A stretch of 64,000 nt of DNA. Origin: Spirochaetia bacterium. GTDB taxonomy: Bacteria > Spirochaetota > Spirochaetia > SZUA-6 > Bin103. The notes beneath the pieces are model-generated. The model saw nothing but the letters and a program-made list of their open reading frames with translations. It was not told the origin of the DNA and searched no databases. This document shows, one piece after another, positions 51,453 through 61,080 of the stretch. Position numbers and translations under genes: made by a program. Position 1 is the stretch's first letter; each line of letters starts with the position of its first letter. The stretch is from NCBI GenBank assembly GCA_965198005.1, contig CBDAOI010000003.1, forward strand, positions 1,156,109-1,220,108, in the 5' to 3' direction.

Positions 51453-53465
51453 TCAAGCGGTCACCTCCCGCAACAACTGAATGATCCTCTCTTCCGCCTG
51501 CTTCAGATCCGCGTCGATTTCTTCCAGCGGGCGCGGGGGCGTGTACTGGTAGAAGTGGCGGTTGAAGTTGATCTCGTACCCGACCTTGTCCCTGGTGCGG
51601 TCCATCCAGGCGTCGGGTACGTGCGGGAGCACCTCGCGCTCGAAGTAGGCGTCGATGTCCTCGGCGAGCGGGACGTTCTCAGAATCGCGCAGTGCAGGGT
51701 CGGGCTCGAGGCCGTCACCGCGGTCGTTCCTGACCGGCGCGGCCTGCGGAGTCTTCGCGGTGAATGCCTCGCGGAACAGCTTGTACTGGGGCTTCTTCCA
51801 ACGTGACCGGCGATCGCGCAGGAGGGCGCCGATCCGCTGCGATACGATGTTCCAATCGTCCAGGGGACCCCTGCCCAGCGCCCGGTCGATGGCCTGTACG
51901 TCGTCGAGCAACTCGGGGCACGCGTACAAGAACCGCTCCATCGCGTCGAACGTCATCTGATAGCGCAGGCGCAGGGGACGCTCCACGGTGACCCGCGTAT
52001 ACCCGAAGTCGATGTTGAGGAAGCTCTTGCAGCGCTCGTCGTCCTCGAATCGACCGTACAGCCGTACGGTCTCGTCGATTTGATCGTCCGACAGGTGGCG
52101 GCGCTTGTCGCCGAGGCTGCGCCGGCTCTCCGCGCTGCCGCCCGGCGTCCACAGATCGCGTGCATCGACGAGTTGAATCCTGGCGTGGCGCCGCTTCTCC
52201 TTGCGATTGGTCACGATCCACACGTAAGTGCCGATGCCGGTGTTGTAGAACATCTGTTCGGGTAGCGCGATGATTGCTTCGAGCCAGTCGTTCTCGATGA
52301 TCCAGCGGCGGATGTTGCTCTCACCCGAGCCGGCGCCGCCCGTGAACAGTGGCGAGCCGCTGAAGACTATGGCGAGCCGCGAGCCGTGGCGATGCTCGGC
52401 CGGGCGCACGGGCTCGAACTTGGTCACCATGTGCAGCAGGAACAGGAGCGCGCCGTCGTTGACGCGCGGCAGCCCGGCGCCGAAGCGACCGGCGAAGCCC
52501 CGCTTCTCGTGCTCGCGCCTGATCTCGCTCTGCTGCCGTTTCCAGTCGACGCCGAACGGAGGGTTGGTCAGGAAGTAGTCGTAGGTTTCGCTCTCGAAGC
52601 GGTCCTCGGTGAGGCTGTCGCCGAAGCGTACGTTGTCGTCGCCGCCGCTACTGTGGCTCACCTCCTTCATCAGCATGTCGGAGGCGGCGGTGGCGTAGGC
52701 GCGCTTGTTGTAGTCCTGCCCGTAGACGTAGAGCTTGGCGTCGGGATGATGCTCGCGCAGGTAGCTCTGCGCCTCGGCCAGCATGCCGCCGGTGCCGCAG
52801 GCCGGATCGAGCAGCTTGCGCACGGTGCCGCGGGTGGCGAGCAGATCGTCGTCGTTGATGAACAGCACGCTCACCATGAGCCGGATCACGTCGCGCGGCG
52901 TGAAGTGGTCGCCGGCAGTCTCGTTGGCCAGTTCATTGAAACGACGGATCAGGTTCTCGAAGATGAGACCCATCTGGTCGTTGGGCACTTGCCTCGGGTG
53001 GAGGTCTACCCTGCGGAACTGCGAAACCACCATGTAGAGGATGTTCGCCTCGCGCATCTTCTCGATCTCGGCTTCGAACTCGAAGTATTCGAAGATGCGG
53101 CGCACCTCGGAGGAGAACCCCTGGATGTAGCTCACCAGATGCTGCGCGGTGTTGTCGGGATCGCCGAGCAGCCTCTCGAAATCGAGATCAGAGTGGTTGT
53201 GGAAGCGCTGGCCCGCAGCCTGATTCAGCATGGCGTCTAGCGCTGCGCCCTGGTATCGGCCCTTGCGCTTCCGATATTCCGCGAGGACTCTGGCCTTGGT
53301 GGGCGCCAGCACGCAGTCAAAGCGGCGCAGCACCGTCATCGGGAGCATGACGCGCTCGTACTGTGGCGGCCGGTAGGGGCCGCGCAGCAGATCGGCGATC
53401 TGCCAAATCAGGTTGGCAAAATAACTATGGTCGGGCATCGGTACAGCCGCACGGAACCTGGACAT
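51453..53465 (-). CDS. hsdM: Type I R-M N6-adenine methyltransferase subunit M
   Basis: IWQIADLLRG, G.HFTPR, DPACGTGGML, NPPF, FYNTGI.TY. Confidence 0.96.
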   Translation of the reverse strand: MSRFRAAVPMPDHSYFANLIWQIADLLRGPYRPPQYERVMLPMTVLRRFDCVLAPTKARVLAEYRKRKGRYQGAALDAMLNQAAGQRFHNHSDLDFERLLGDPDNTAQHLVSYIQGFSSEVRRIFEYFEFEAEIEKMREANILYMVVSQFRRVDLHPRQVPNDQMGLIFENLIRRFNELANETAGDHFTPRDVIRLMVSVLFINDDDLLATRGTVRKLLDPACGTGGMLAEAQSYLREHHPDAKLYVYGQDYNKRAYATAASDMLMKEVSHSSGGDDNVRFGDSLTEDRFESETYDYFLTNPPFGVDWKRQQSEIRREHEKRGFAGRFGAGLPRVNDGALLFLLHMVTKFEPVRPAEHRHGSRLAIVFSGSPLFTGGAGSGESNIRRWIIENDWLEAIIALPEQMFYNTGIGTYVWIVTNRKEKRRHARIQLVDARDLWTPGGSAESRRSLGDKRRHLSDDQIDETVRLYGRFEDDERCKSFLNIDFGYTRVTVERPLRLRYQMTFDAMERFLYACPELLDDVQAIDRALGRGPLDDWNIVSQRIGALLRDRRSRWKKPQYKLFREAFTAKTPQAAPVRNDRGDGLEPDPALRDSENVPLAEDIDAYFEREVLPHVPDAWMDRTRDKVGYEINFNRHFYQYTPPRPLEEIDADLKQAEERIIQLLREVTA

Positions 53466-53515
53466 GCGAGGAATCGGTCACGGTGACGTCGACGCGAGCG
53501 TCTTCGTGAAGCAGG

Positions 53516-53809
53516 TTATCCATCGAGCGGCGTAGATGGAGCGTCAGTCTCTGGGTTCGCTTGGAAGCGTTCGACGAAGCTTCGGGCGGCGGGAATCCAG
53601 GCATCCGGCATCCGGTCGCCGGAATCCGACCATTCGATGTCGTGGAGCACGCCGGACAGATCGCGCATGATCTCCGCGAGTTGGGTGCGTAGCGGGTGCT
53701 TCATATGCTCGTCGATCTCGTCTGGTTCGCCATATTGGCACCCGGCTTCCAGATCGTCGGCGACCTGCTCAAGCTTGGCATAGAAGTAGTCCATCGATCC
53801 GCCACTCAT
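53516..53809 (-). CDS. Small hypothetical protein resembling phage hypotheticals
   Basis: 97 aa, MSGGSMDYFY...LHDIEWSDSGD; preceded by TTGACA. Confidence 0.65.
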   Translation of the reverse strand: MSGGSMDYFYAKLEQVADDLEAGCQYGEPDEIDEHMKHPLRTQLAEIMRDLSGVLHDIEWSDSGDRMPDAWIPAARSFVERFQANPETDAPSTPLDG

Positions 53810-53813
53810 GACC

Positions 53814-53847
53814 TGCAATGGTTTGCATGTGGTATGCAGTGTGTCAA
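53814..53847 (-). promoter_or_regulatory. Putative sigma70 promoter overlapped by a TGCA operator-like array
   Basis: TTGACA at 53847-53842 on the minus strand; TGCA at 53814, 53824 and 53835 forming overlapping palindromes. Confidence 0.5.
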
Positions 53848-54019
53848 GCGTAATGGGAGATTCTGGAGATTCTGCGGGACGTGTCCGAGAGCGAGGGGGA
53901 GCGGCGCTTGGAGATCGACATCCTGGCGGTCGACGGGGAACGCGTGAAGCGAGACGGCGTGGCCGGCTATAATGGGGACTCCGACGAATCAATGATACGG
54001 GACGAGACGGAGGATTAGG

Positions 54020-54815
54020 GTGGAGCTCAGTCCCCACCGCGACGTTGCCCGGCGCATGGCCGGCGCCTGCTGCGATCTGCTGGAGAGTCTGGATGCGGCG
54101 CAGCGCGGGCGCGCTACGTATCCCTATCTGGATGGGGAGCGGCGGTTCTGGTATTACCCGCCGCTGAACCGCCACGGCTTGCCGCTGGGCGGCATGAGCG
54201 CCGAGCAGCAGGCGCTGGCGAAGCGCATCCTGGAGGTTTCGCTGTCGGACAAGGGGTACGAACAGGCGTGCGCGATCATCGAGCACGAGCTGATCCTGGG
54301 CGAGCGGGAACGGGCGGAGGGGCACGCGCACTGGGTCCGCGATCCCGGCGGTGACGAGCCGTGGGGCTGGCGTGCGGAAGGACACCATCTGTCGCTGCAC
54401 TTCAGCGTCTGGGGCCGGCGCGTAGTAACGCCGTTCTTCTTCGGCGCCAATCCGGCGGAGGTTCTGCACGGTCCGCGCCGCGGCTTGCGCATTCTGGCGC
54501 GGCGCGAGGATCTGGCGTTGGAGCTGATGGAAAGTCTCAGCGGAGACCTACGTCCACCAGGTGCACGGCGACATTGCGCGTGCCAAGCTGGCGGAGTTGC
54601 GCGCGGGCGGCATCGGCCATCTGCACTTCGCCTGGGCCGGGCCGGTGGCGCGCCGCGAGGGCCACTACTACCGCATCCACGGCGGCAATTTCCTGGTCGA
54701 GTTCGACAACTGCCAGAACGAGGCCAATCACGTGCACTCGGTCTGGCGCGACCTGGAGAACGACTTCGCCGAGGACGTGCTGCGCCGCCACCTGCTGGCC
54801 TACCACGTGCTGTAG
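54020..54815 (+). pseudogene. DUF3500-family gene, internally deleted and frameshifted
   Basis: WGWR.EGHHLSL and TPFFFGANP in one frame; FAWAG, HYYRIHG, EFDN, NHVHSVWRD..NDF in another; shift near 54543. Confidence 0.82.
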
Positions 54816-54823
54816 TAGGCGGC

Positions 54824-55630
54824 CTACGCGCGCCGGCGCCGTAACGGATCCTGGCGGTAGAACGCCTTGAGCTGGCCGTAGACGCCGGCGAACTGGGCGT
54901 GCAGCGCGTCCGGCTGCTCGAAGAACAGCTCGCTGGTAACGGCGAAGAACTCGGCCGGGCTTTCTGCGGCGTAGGAATCCACCGGCCCACCGCCGTCCTG
55001 GTGCAGCCGCTCGTAGGCCGCGCTGAACTCCCGGTGCCAGCCGGCAGGGTCCATGTCGCGGTGCAGCGGGGGCCGCCCGTTCATGCCGCGGTCGATCAGA
55101 TCGAGCTTGTGCGCCGCTTCGTGAATCACCACGTTGAAGCCGTCGCCCCAGCCCGACGCCTCCACGTCAGCCCACGACAGCACGATCGGCCCCTCCTCCC
55201 AGGCTTCGCCGACGACCTCCTCCTCCCACTCGCGTACCACGCCGCCGTCGTCGGTCTCCTCGAAGCTGGACGAGAATTCCTCGGGCAGCAGCACGATGGT
55301 GCGCCAGTTGCGGTACCACTCAAGCCCGAGGCCGAGGATCGGCAGGCACGCCTGGGCGGCCACCACCAGCCGATACGGGGTCTCGGCATCGTCCTCGCCG
55401 CCGTCAGGCGCGCTCACTCCGCGCAACTCGAACCGTTTGCGGCGCAGAAATCCGCTTACCAGTTCGCGCAGCCGGGTGTCCTCCTGCGCCGTGAGGCCGC
55501 GCAGTATTGGGTGGTTGTCCAGGATCCACTGCCACTGCTCGGCAGGCACCGAACTGCCGCTCCGGTTGCGCCGCGCGCGCAGCCAAGCCGTCGCCCGAAG
55601 ACCGCCGTCCCGGCGTCGCTTTTGTCCCAT
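54824..55630 (-). CDS. MtfA/M90-family zinc peptidase
   Basis: AAQACLP.L, GEAW..GPIVLSW, NVVIHEAAHKLD, YAA..PAEFFAV.SE.FF. Confidence 0.9.
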   Translation of the reverse strand: MGQKRRRDGGLRATAWLRARRNRSGSSVPAEQWQWILDNHPILRGLTAQEDTRLRELVSGFLRRKRFELRGVSAPDGGEDDAETPYRLVVAAQACLPILGLGLEWYRNWRTIVLLPEEFSSSFEETDDGGVVREWEEEVVGEAWEEGPIVLSWADVEASGWGDGFNVVIHEAAHKLDLIDRGMNGRPPLHRDMDPAGWHREFSAAYERLHQDGGGPVDSYAAESPAEFFAVTSELFFEQPDALHAQFAGVYGQLKAFYRQDPLRRRRA

Positions 55631-55723
55631 CCCTTCTATTCGTCAGCAGTCGGTCCGACCGCCCCCTGCCGTCCAACGGGGGTCCATGGATCGTCCCCAC
55701 GGCCCGCGGCGTGGTTGGCGGGC

Positions 55724-55786
55724 GCGCGCCAGCACGAACAGCAGATCGGCGGCGCGGTTCAGGTAGGCCGGCACCGGTGCCCGCAC
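55724..55786 (-). pseudogene. Possible remnant of a PduO-type cob(I)alamin adenosyltransferase
   Basis: VPAYLNRAADLLFVLAR resembles the family C-terminal YLNRLSDLLFVLAR. Confidence 0.5.
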
Positions 55787-55829
55787 GGGCGTAGCACGGG
55801 TGCCACCGCATCGGCGATCCGACAGGTTT

Positions 55830-57095
55830 CTAACGCTGTAGCGCGTACACGCGATAGCCGTCCTCGCGAATCCGCTGCAGGTAGAATGAGTCGCGCGGCA
55901 CGCCGTACTGCCAGTCGGGCCCGAGTTGGTCATAGCCGTCGCCTGCAACCCAGCGGTCGTAGACGTCCGCCCGCGCCTCGTGGGCGTGATTGAGGGCGGA
56001 GTCCATGTCCCAGCGCTCGATCACCTCCGGCGCGCGCTGCGCCACCTGGCCGCTCAGCACCACGGCGGTGTTGCCCGACCCATAGGACAGCAGCAGCAGC
56101 CGTTGGCCCACGATACCGTCGCCGTAGCGCCGATACCGCCGGTCGAGCAGCGACGCGAGGGCGAGAAACAGCGAGCCGGAGTAGAGGTTGCCGACGATCG
56201 CGGCCGGCTGAATCGAGGCGTCGAAGTCGCGCTGCTCCAGGTAGCGCTCCACTGCCGCCGGCTCCAGGTCGAGATACCTGGTAACCAGTGAGCTCAGCAT
56301 CTCCAGCGGAAGCTGGCGAAAGGGAGCGTGAAACGCGAACAGCTCGGTCTGTTTCAACACCTCGGCCGGCGTGCAGTCCGTGCGCCGGCAGTGGTCCAGA
56401 AACGCTTCCTCGATGGTCTCCTTGTAGCAGTTCACCGAGAACGCCCCGCGCACCCGCGGCGTGGCGGCGCCGACCGGGCGAAAGAAGTCGTCCACGTCGC
56501 GCGAGGCGTAGCCGGCGGTGGCGAGGTCGAGCTCGGCCAACCCGCAGCTGCGTTCCGCGATCATCGCCACGGCGCCGGCGCCCTGGGTGATCTCGGCGCT
56601 GGTGCCGGCGTCGTAGCGGGCGACGTCGGTGCAGATCACCAGACCGCGTTCCTCGACCCGGGAGCCGAGGGCGAGCAGAGCGTTGACTCCCATCAGCGAG
56701 TAGGTGCCGCCGGCGCAGGCGTGCTGCGTCTGGAAGGTGGCGATGGTCCGGGGAATCGGAAACCCGGCGGCGCGCAGCATGCCGGCCACGTGGGCGGCGA
56801 TCGGCTTGGCCATGTCGGTGGCCGATTCGGTGCCCACCGCGACGTAGCGCAGGCTGGCGATGGCGCTGTCGTTCATCCGCGACAGCAGTTGCATCGCAGA
56901 TTGCGCGGCCATGGTTACGGCGTCCTCCCAGAGGTTGGGAAACCGTACCGAAATCTGGCCCGTGCGTTCGATGGCGCGGCCCAGGATGCGTTTGATGGTA
57001 GGATTGGAGAGGGCGTACCGCTCCAGCAACCGGCTCAGGCGCATCAGAAGCTTCGGGATATACACGGCCATGTCACCGATCCCTGTGGTTATCAA
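55830..57095 (-). CDS. mvaS: Hydroxymethylglutaryl-CoA synthase
   Basis: EDAVTMAA, GTES..D.AKP, HACAGG (catalytic Cys), E.TQGAGAVA, DFFRP, FHAPF, GNLYSGS, SYGSG. Confidence 0.9.
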   Translation of the reverse strand: MITTGIGDMAVYIPKLLMRLSRLLERYALSNPTIKRILGRAIERTGQISVRFPNLWEDAVTMAAQSAMQLLSRMNDSAIASLRYVAVGTESATDMAKPIAAHVAGMLRAAGFPIPRTIATFQTQHACAGGTYSLMGVNALLALGSRVEERGLVICTDVARYDAGTSAEITQGAGAVAMIAERSCGLAELDLATAGYASRDVDDFFRPVGAATPRVRGAFSVNCYKETIEEAFLDHCRRTDCTPAEVLKQTELFAFHAPFRQLPLEMLSSLVTRYLDLEPAAVERYLEQRDFDASIQPAAIVGNLYSGSLFLALASLLDRRYRRYGDGIVGQRLLLLSYGSGNTAVVLSGQVAQRAPEVIERWDMDSALNHAHEARADVYDRWVAGDGYDQLGPDWQYGVPRDSFYLQRIREDGYRVYALQR

Positions 57096-57159
57096 CTCTC
57101 CGCCTCCTGCTCATAGGGTAGCACTCGACGGCTTCCGGATTCAAGCGAACTTGTTGCCT

Positions 57160-57191
57160 TGCCTAAACCATTGCCTAAACCTGCCTAAACC
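57160..57191. repeat. Triple direct repeat TGCCTAAACC including the stop of the Rieske gene
   Basis: Copies at 57160, 57172 and 57182. Confidence 0.85.
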
Positions 57192-58135
57192 TGACCGGTG
57201 CGCAGCGCATACCGGCGCTCGGCGTAGGCCGCGTCCTCGACCCACAGGCGCCGGGCCGCGGCCTGCATGCGCCGTCGTATCAGCCCCGCCGCCCGCATGG
57301 CCAACCGGAAGCCGAGCCGGTCCGAGGTGGCCAGCGTCGCCTCGACGATCGCGCACTCGCCCGGCCGCACCGGCGTGGCATGGGTCTCCACCACCGACCC
57401 GGCACCTTCGCCGTCGATGATGGTCATGACGATGGTACGCGGATCGGGGCAGTGGAACCGGGCATCGACCTCCACTCCCAGGCGGCGCGTGGCCCGGTAC
57501 GTCACCCGCACCACGATGCTGTCCGGCTTCTGGTCAAGCACCCGCAGGCTGCCGAACGAGTGGGGATGGAAGTGGACGCCGTGCCACGGATCGAGCCGGT
57601 TGGCCAGCACGTCCTCGGGCTCGCACCGGGCCTCCATCCGGATGACCGCGTCGACGTAGCTGGCGGGGCGCTCGCACCGGTAGGGTGCGGGGGTGCCGGG
57701 CTCGGTACCGCGCTCGGTCCGGTCCAGCCGGACCCAGAGCAACACGCCGTCGTCGTGGCTTGGCAGCGGGCGCCAGCCGCCATGGCCCTCCCGGCCGAGC
57801 ACCAGTCCGTGCCACGGGCAGACGATGCAGCCGGCGCGCACCTGACCGTCGGCCAGCGGTGCTCCGAGGTGGGGACACGCGTTGGGCGCGACCAGCAGAC
57901 CGTCCGACCCGCGCCACGCCACCAGCTCGCGATCACGGATCCGATACTGGCGCGGCCGGTCGCCGATGGCCCGGGTCGCGTCGATCACGTGCCAGCCGCC
58001 GCCGGGAAGCTGTTGCGCACTCCGCAGCGCCTGCCGGATCCACTCGGGATCCGACTGCTGCCAGTCCGGCGTACCCGCCGCGCGGGCGGCTCCCGGCCGT
58101 GGTGCGGGCCGCCGGCCGAAGCGAACACCCTTCAT
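57185..58135 (-). CDS. Rieske/DUF5914 protein of actinobacterial-type crt clusters (CrtV-like)
   Basis: CPHLGAPL, CPWHG, ANRLDPWHG..FHP, GEG.GSVVETHATP, LW.ED.AYAERR. Confidence 0.8.
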   Translation of the reverse strand: MKGVRFGRRPAPRPGAARAAGTPDWQQSDPEWIRQALRSAQQLPGGGWHVIDATRAIGDRPRQYRIRDRELVAWRGSDGLLVAPNACPHLGAPLADGQVRAGCIVCPWHGLVLGREGHGGWRPLPSHDDGVLLWVRLDRTERGTEPGTPAPYRCERPASYVDAVIRMEARCEPEDVLANRLDPWHGVHFHPHSFGSLRVLDQKPDSIVVRVTYRATRRLGVEVDARFHCPDPRTIVMTIIDGEGAGSVVETHATPVRPGECAIVEATLATSDRLGFRLAMRAAGLIRRRMQAAARRLWVEDAAYAERRYALRTGQV

Positions 58136-59400
58136 GCGGCCACGCCCGGCAGGATTCCATGCCGGCGCACCGACGCCACCGGCTCGAGCGGCAGTCCCCA
58201 CGCGCCGAGGATCGCATTGGCGGCGAGCATGCCTGAGGTGGCGGCGCGTTCCATCAGCGCGGTGGGCTGGTCCAGCCGCACGCAGTCCCCGGCCAGGTAG
58301 ACCCGGGGATGGGGAGCGGCAACGCCGGGCCGCCGGCGGTGGGAACCGGGTGCGAACGCCGGACAGTCGCGGCGCAGCAGAAAGACCTCGTCCAGGACCG
58401 TGGCGGTGCGGGTTTCCGGATACAGCCGCCGCAGGCCGTGCAGCATCGCCGCCTTGAGCTGCGGCTCGGTGGCGGCCGGGGGCACCGCGTACGCGTGCAG
58501 CTCCACCACCGATCCGCCGTGGGCCGCGGCCCAGGCGCGGCTCTCGTCCTCGAACCGGTGGAACAGCGAGATATTGTCCAGCAGCGGGAAGCCGGCGGTG
58601 CCCGCAAACGGCGGCCGGCCGGACGCGGTCGGCCGGTCCAGCCACAGCCGCCACACCGCGAACGGCCGGGTCACGGCCAGACCGCGCAATCGCGCGCCCC
58701 AGGCGCCGGGCGCGAACGGGGTGTGCGGCAGCAGCCGCTGCAACCCGGGCACGTCGAGCGCCAGCACCAGGGCAGCGCCGGCGGCGCCCGCGCCCGTGGC
58801 CGTCCGTACGGCCCACCGACCCCCGGCCCGCTCGATCCGGCGCGCCTCCGTTCCGGTGCGCACGCGCACGCCGCGCGCTTCCAGGTAGCGGCGCATCGGG
58901 TCCCAGATCCCGGTAGAGAACGGGCGCCGGGCCACGTCGAACAGCAACCCTTCGTCGTTGCCCATGAAGTAGAAGTGGAACATCATGAGCAGCTCGCTGG
59001 CCGACATCTCGTCCTCCGGGTTGAAGAACGAGTGCGCGAACACGTCGAACAGCATGCGCCGCGCCGCCGGCGGAAAGCGCAGCGAGTCCAGATAGTCGCC
59101 GGCGGTGACGGCATCGTGGCGGCGGTAGGTGCGCCGTTGGTCGAAGGCCAGCAGCGACAGCGCGCGGCGCAGATGCACCCGGCCGAGCGCGGCCAGGGTG
59201 AGCGCGGGGTTGCGCCGGGTGAGTGCCACCACGTTGGCGGGAGCACGCCGGGGCAGGCGGGCGAACGACTGCCGGGCGCCGTCGGGACCGAGGATCGGGT
59301 AGTCGTGGTGCGCACGCCGCGTTCGGCCAGGACTACCGCCGCGGCGACGCCGGCGATACCGCCGCCGACCACCACCGCGCTACGTTGCGCCGCGGCGGAG
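58132..59400 (-). pseudogene. crtU: Isorenieratene synthase CrtU-like, deleted and frameshifted near the 5' end
   Basis: VVGGGIAG...LAERGV in one frame; DYP..., FH.YF.G..EGLLFD, GSVVELHAYA, LMERAATSG in another; junction near 59307. Confidence 0.8.
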
Positions 59401-59409
59401 TCGCGGGCC

Positions 59410-60122
59410 GCGGGCGGCGGGCGGCGGGCCAGGAACGAATGCACGATGGAGCGCTGCCAGCCGTCCATCGGCAACACGCGCAGAGCCGTGAACCCGGCGT
59501 CGCGCAGGCGCTGTTGAAACCGCTCCACGCTGTCGAACGCCAGCACGCTCGCGCGCAGGTAGTCGAACAGTGCGGCGTTCCCGACCAGGATGCGCGCGAG
59601 CGGGATCACGACCGTGGTGGTGACCAGCCGCCATACGGCGCGCGTCCAGCGCGAGCCCGCTACCGAGTACTCGTGAAAGCAGATCGGCGCGCCCGGCGCC
59701 AGCAATTCTCGCGCGCGTGCCAGACAGGTGTCCGGGTCCGGCATGTTGCGGATCCCGTAGGCCATCAGGATGCCGTCGAAGATCCCGGTAACGCCGGCCG
59801 CACGTGGATCCATCGCGTCACCGTGGACCAGCTCGACGCCTTGCAGCTCGGGCCGGGCGCGTGCGACGGCCAGCATCTCGGCGGCCGCGTCCAGCCCGAC
59901 CAGCGTCGCGCGCGGATAGGCGGCGCGCAGGGCCGCGGTGGAAAGGCCGGTGCCGCAGCACAGATCCAGGATGCGCGCGTCGGGCGCCGGCGCCAGGCGT
60001 GCCGCGCTCAGTGCCAGGTGACGCCGGTAGCCGGGATTGAGCGACACCAGCAGGTCGTAGGAGCGCGCGACGCGGTCGAACTCCGCGGGCACGCCGGGTC
60101 CGGGGGCGGTCATGGCGGTCAT
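59410..60122 (-). CDS. UbiE-like methyltransferase (CrtT-like), fused without a stop to the crtU 5' fragment
   Basis: YD.LV.LNPGY, LDLCCGTG.ST, HEYSV, GWQ..IVH.FLA. Confidence 0.75.
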
Positions 60123-61080
60123 GGCACCGGCAGCGCCAGGTCGGCGAACGCGAGTACCCGGTCGGGGCTGCGGTAGCGCGCGCCCGCGCCGGCAGCTCGG
60201 CGGCGGCCGCGGCACCCGCGCGGGCCACGGCCAGCAGCTTGCCGGCCAGGGGCACCACCGCCCGCCCGGCCAGCACGTCGCAGCCGGTCGCCCGGATGCG
60301 GTCGCCGATGGCGGCGTAGATGCCGCGCGCAGCGCGAATGGACAACGCGGACCGCCACGGGAGGGCCGGGAAGCCGACTTCGGCCGCGGCATAGAACAGC
60401 GCCGCCAGGTCCAGTACCCGCGCCACCACCCGGCGCAGGGGAGCGCGCACTGCGGCCGGCAACGGTCCCCCGAGCAGCGCGGGCAGATGCGCGAGCAGCT
60501 CCGGCGCGAGCAGCTCGTCCGGCAGATAGAGCCGTCCCATCCGCCAGTCCTCGACCACGTCCCGGCAGATGTTGGTGAGCTGCATCGCGATTCCCAGGTG
60601 GGCCGCCGCGTGCAGGGCGCCCGGCTCGCGCAACCCCATGACGTGCGTCATCATCAGTCCCACGGTTCCGGCGACGCGGTAACAGTAATGCAGGAGCGCG
60701 CGCGTGTCGGCGTAGCGACGGCGCTCCAGGTCCATGCGCATTCCGGCCAGCAGCTCGCGCGGGTAGTGGGGGGGCATGGCGGTGGCGCGGGCCACGGTCC
60801 CGAACGCGTCGATGGTCGCATCGCCGGTGCCGGCCTGCATGAACAGGGCCTCCAGTTCCGCCTCCAACCCGGCCAGCGCCGCCGCTTGCCGCGCGGCCGG
60901 GGCGCGGTCGATCGCGTCGTCGGCGCGCCGGCACCAGGCGTACACCACCAGCGCCCCGCGCCGGCTGGGGCGCGGCAGCAGGCGGCTGGCCAGCGCGAAG
61001 CTCTTCGATCCGGCGCCGATCCGCCGCCGGCAATCGGCTTCCACGGCGGCCGGCAGCGCCAGGGACAGGGTGCTGCTCAT
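60119..61080 (-). CDS. crtB: Phytoene synthase with probable frameshift near the 3' end
   Basis: GSKSF, DDAID, YCYRVAGTVG, QLTNICRDV.ED; the presumed natural end lies in another frame stopping at 60119. Confidence 0.88.
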
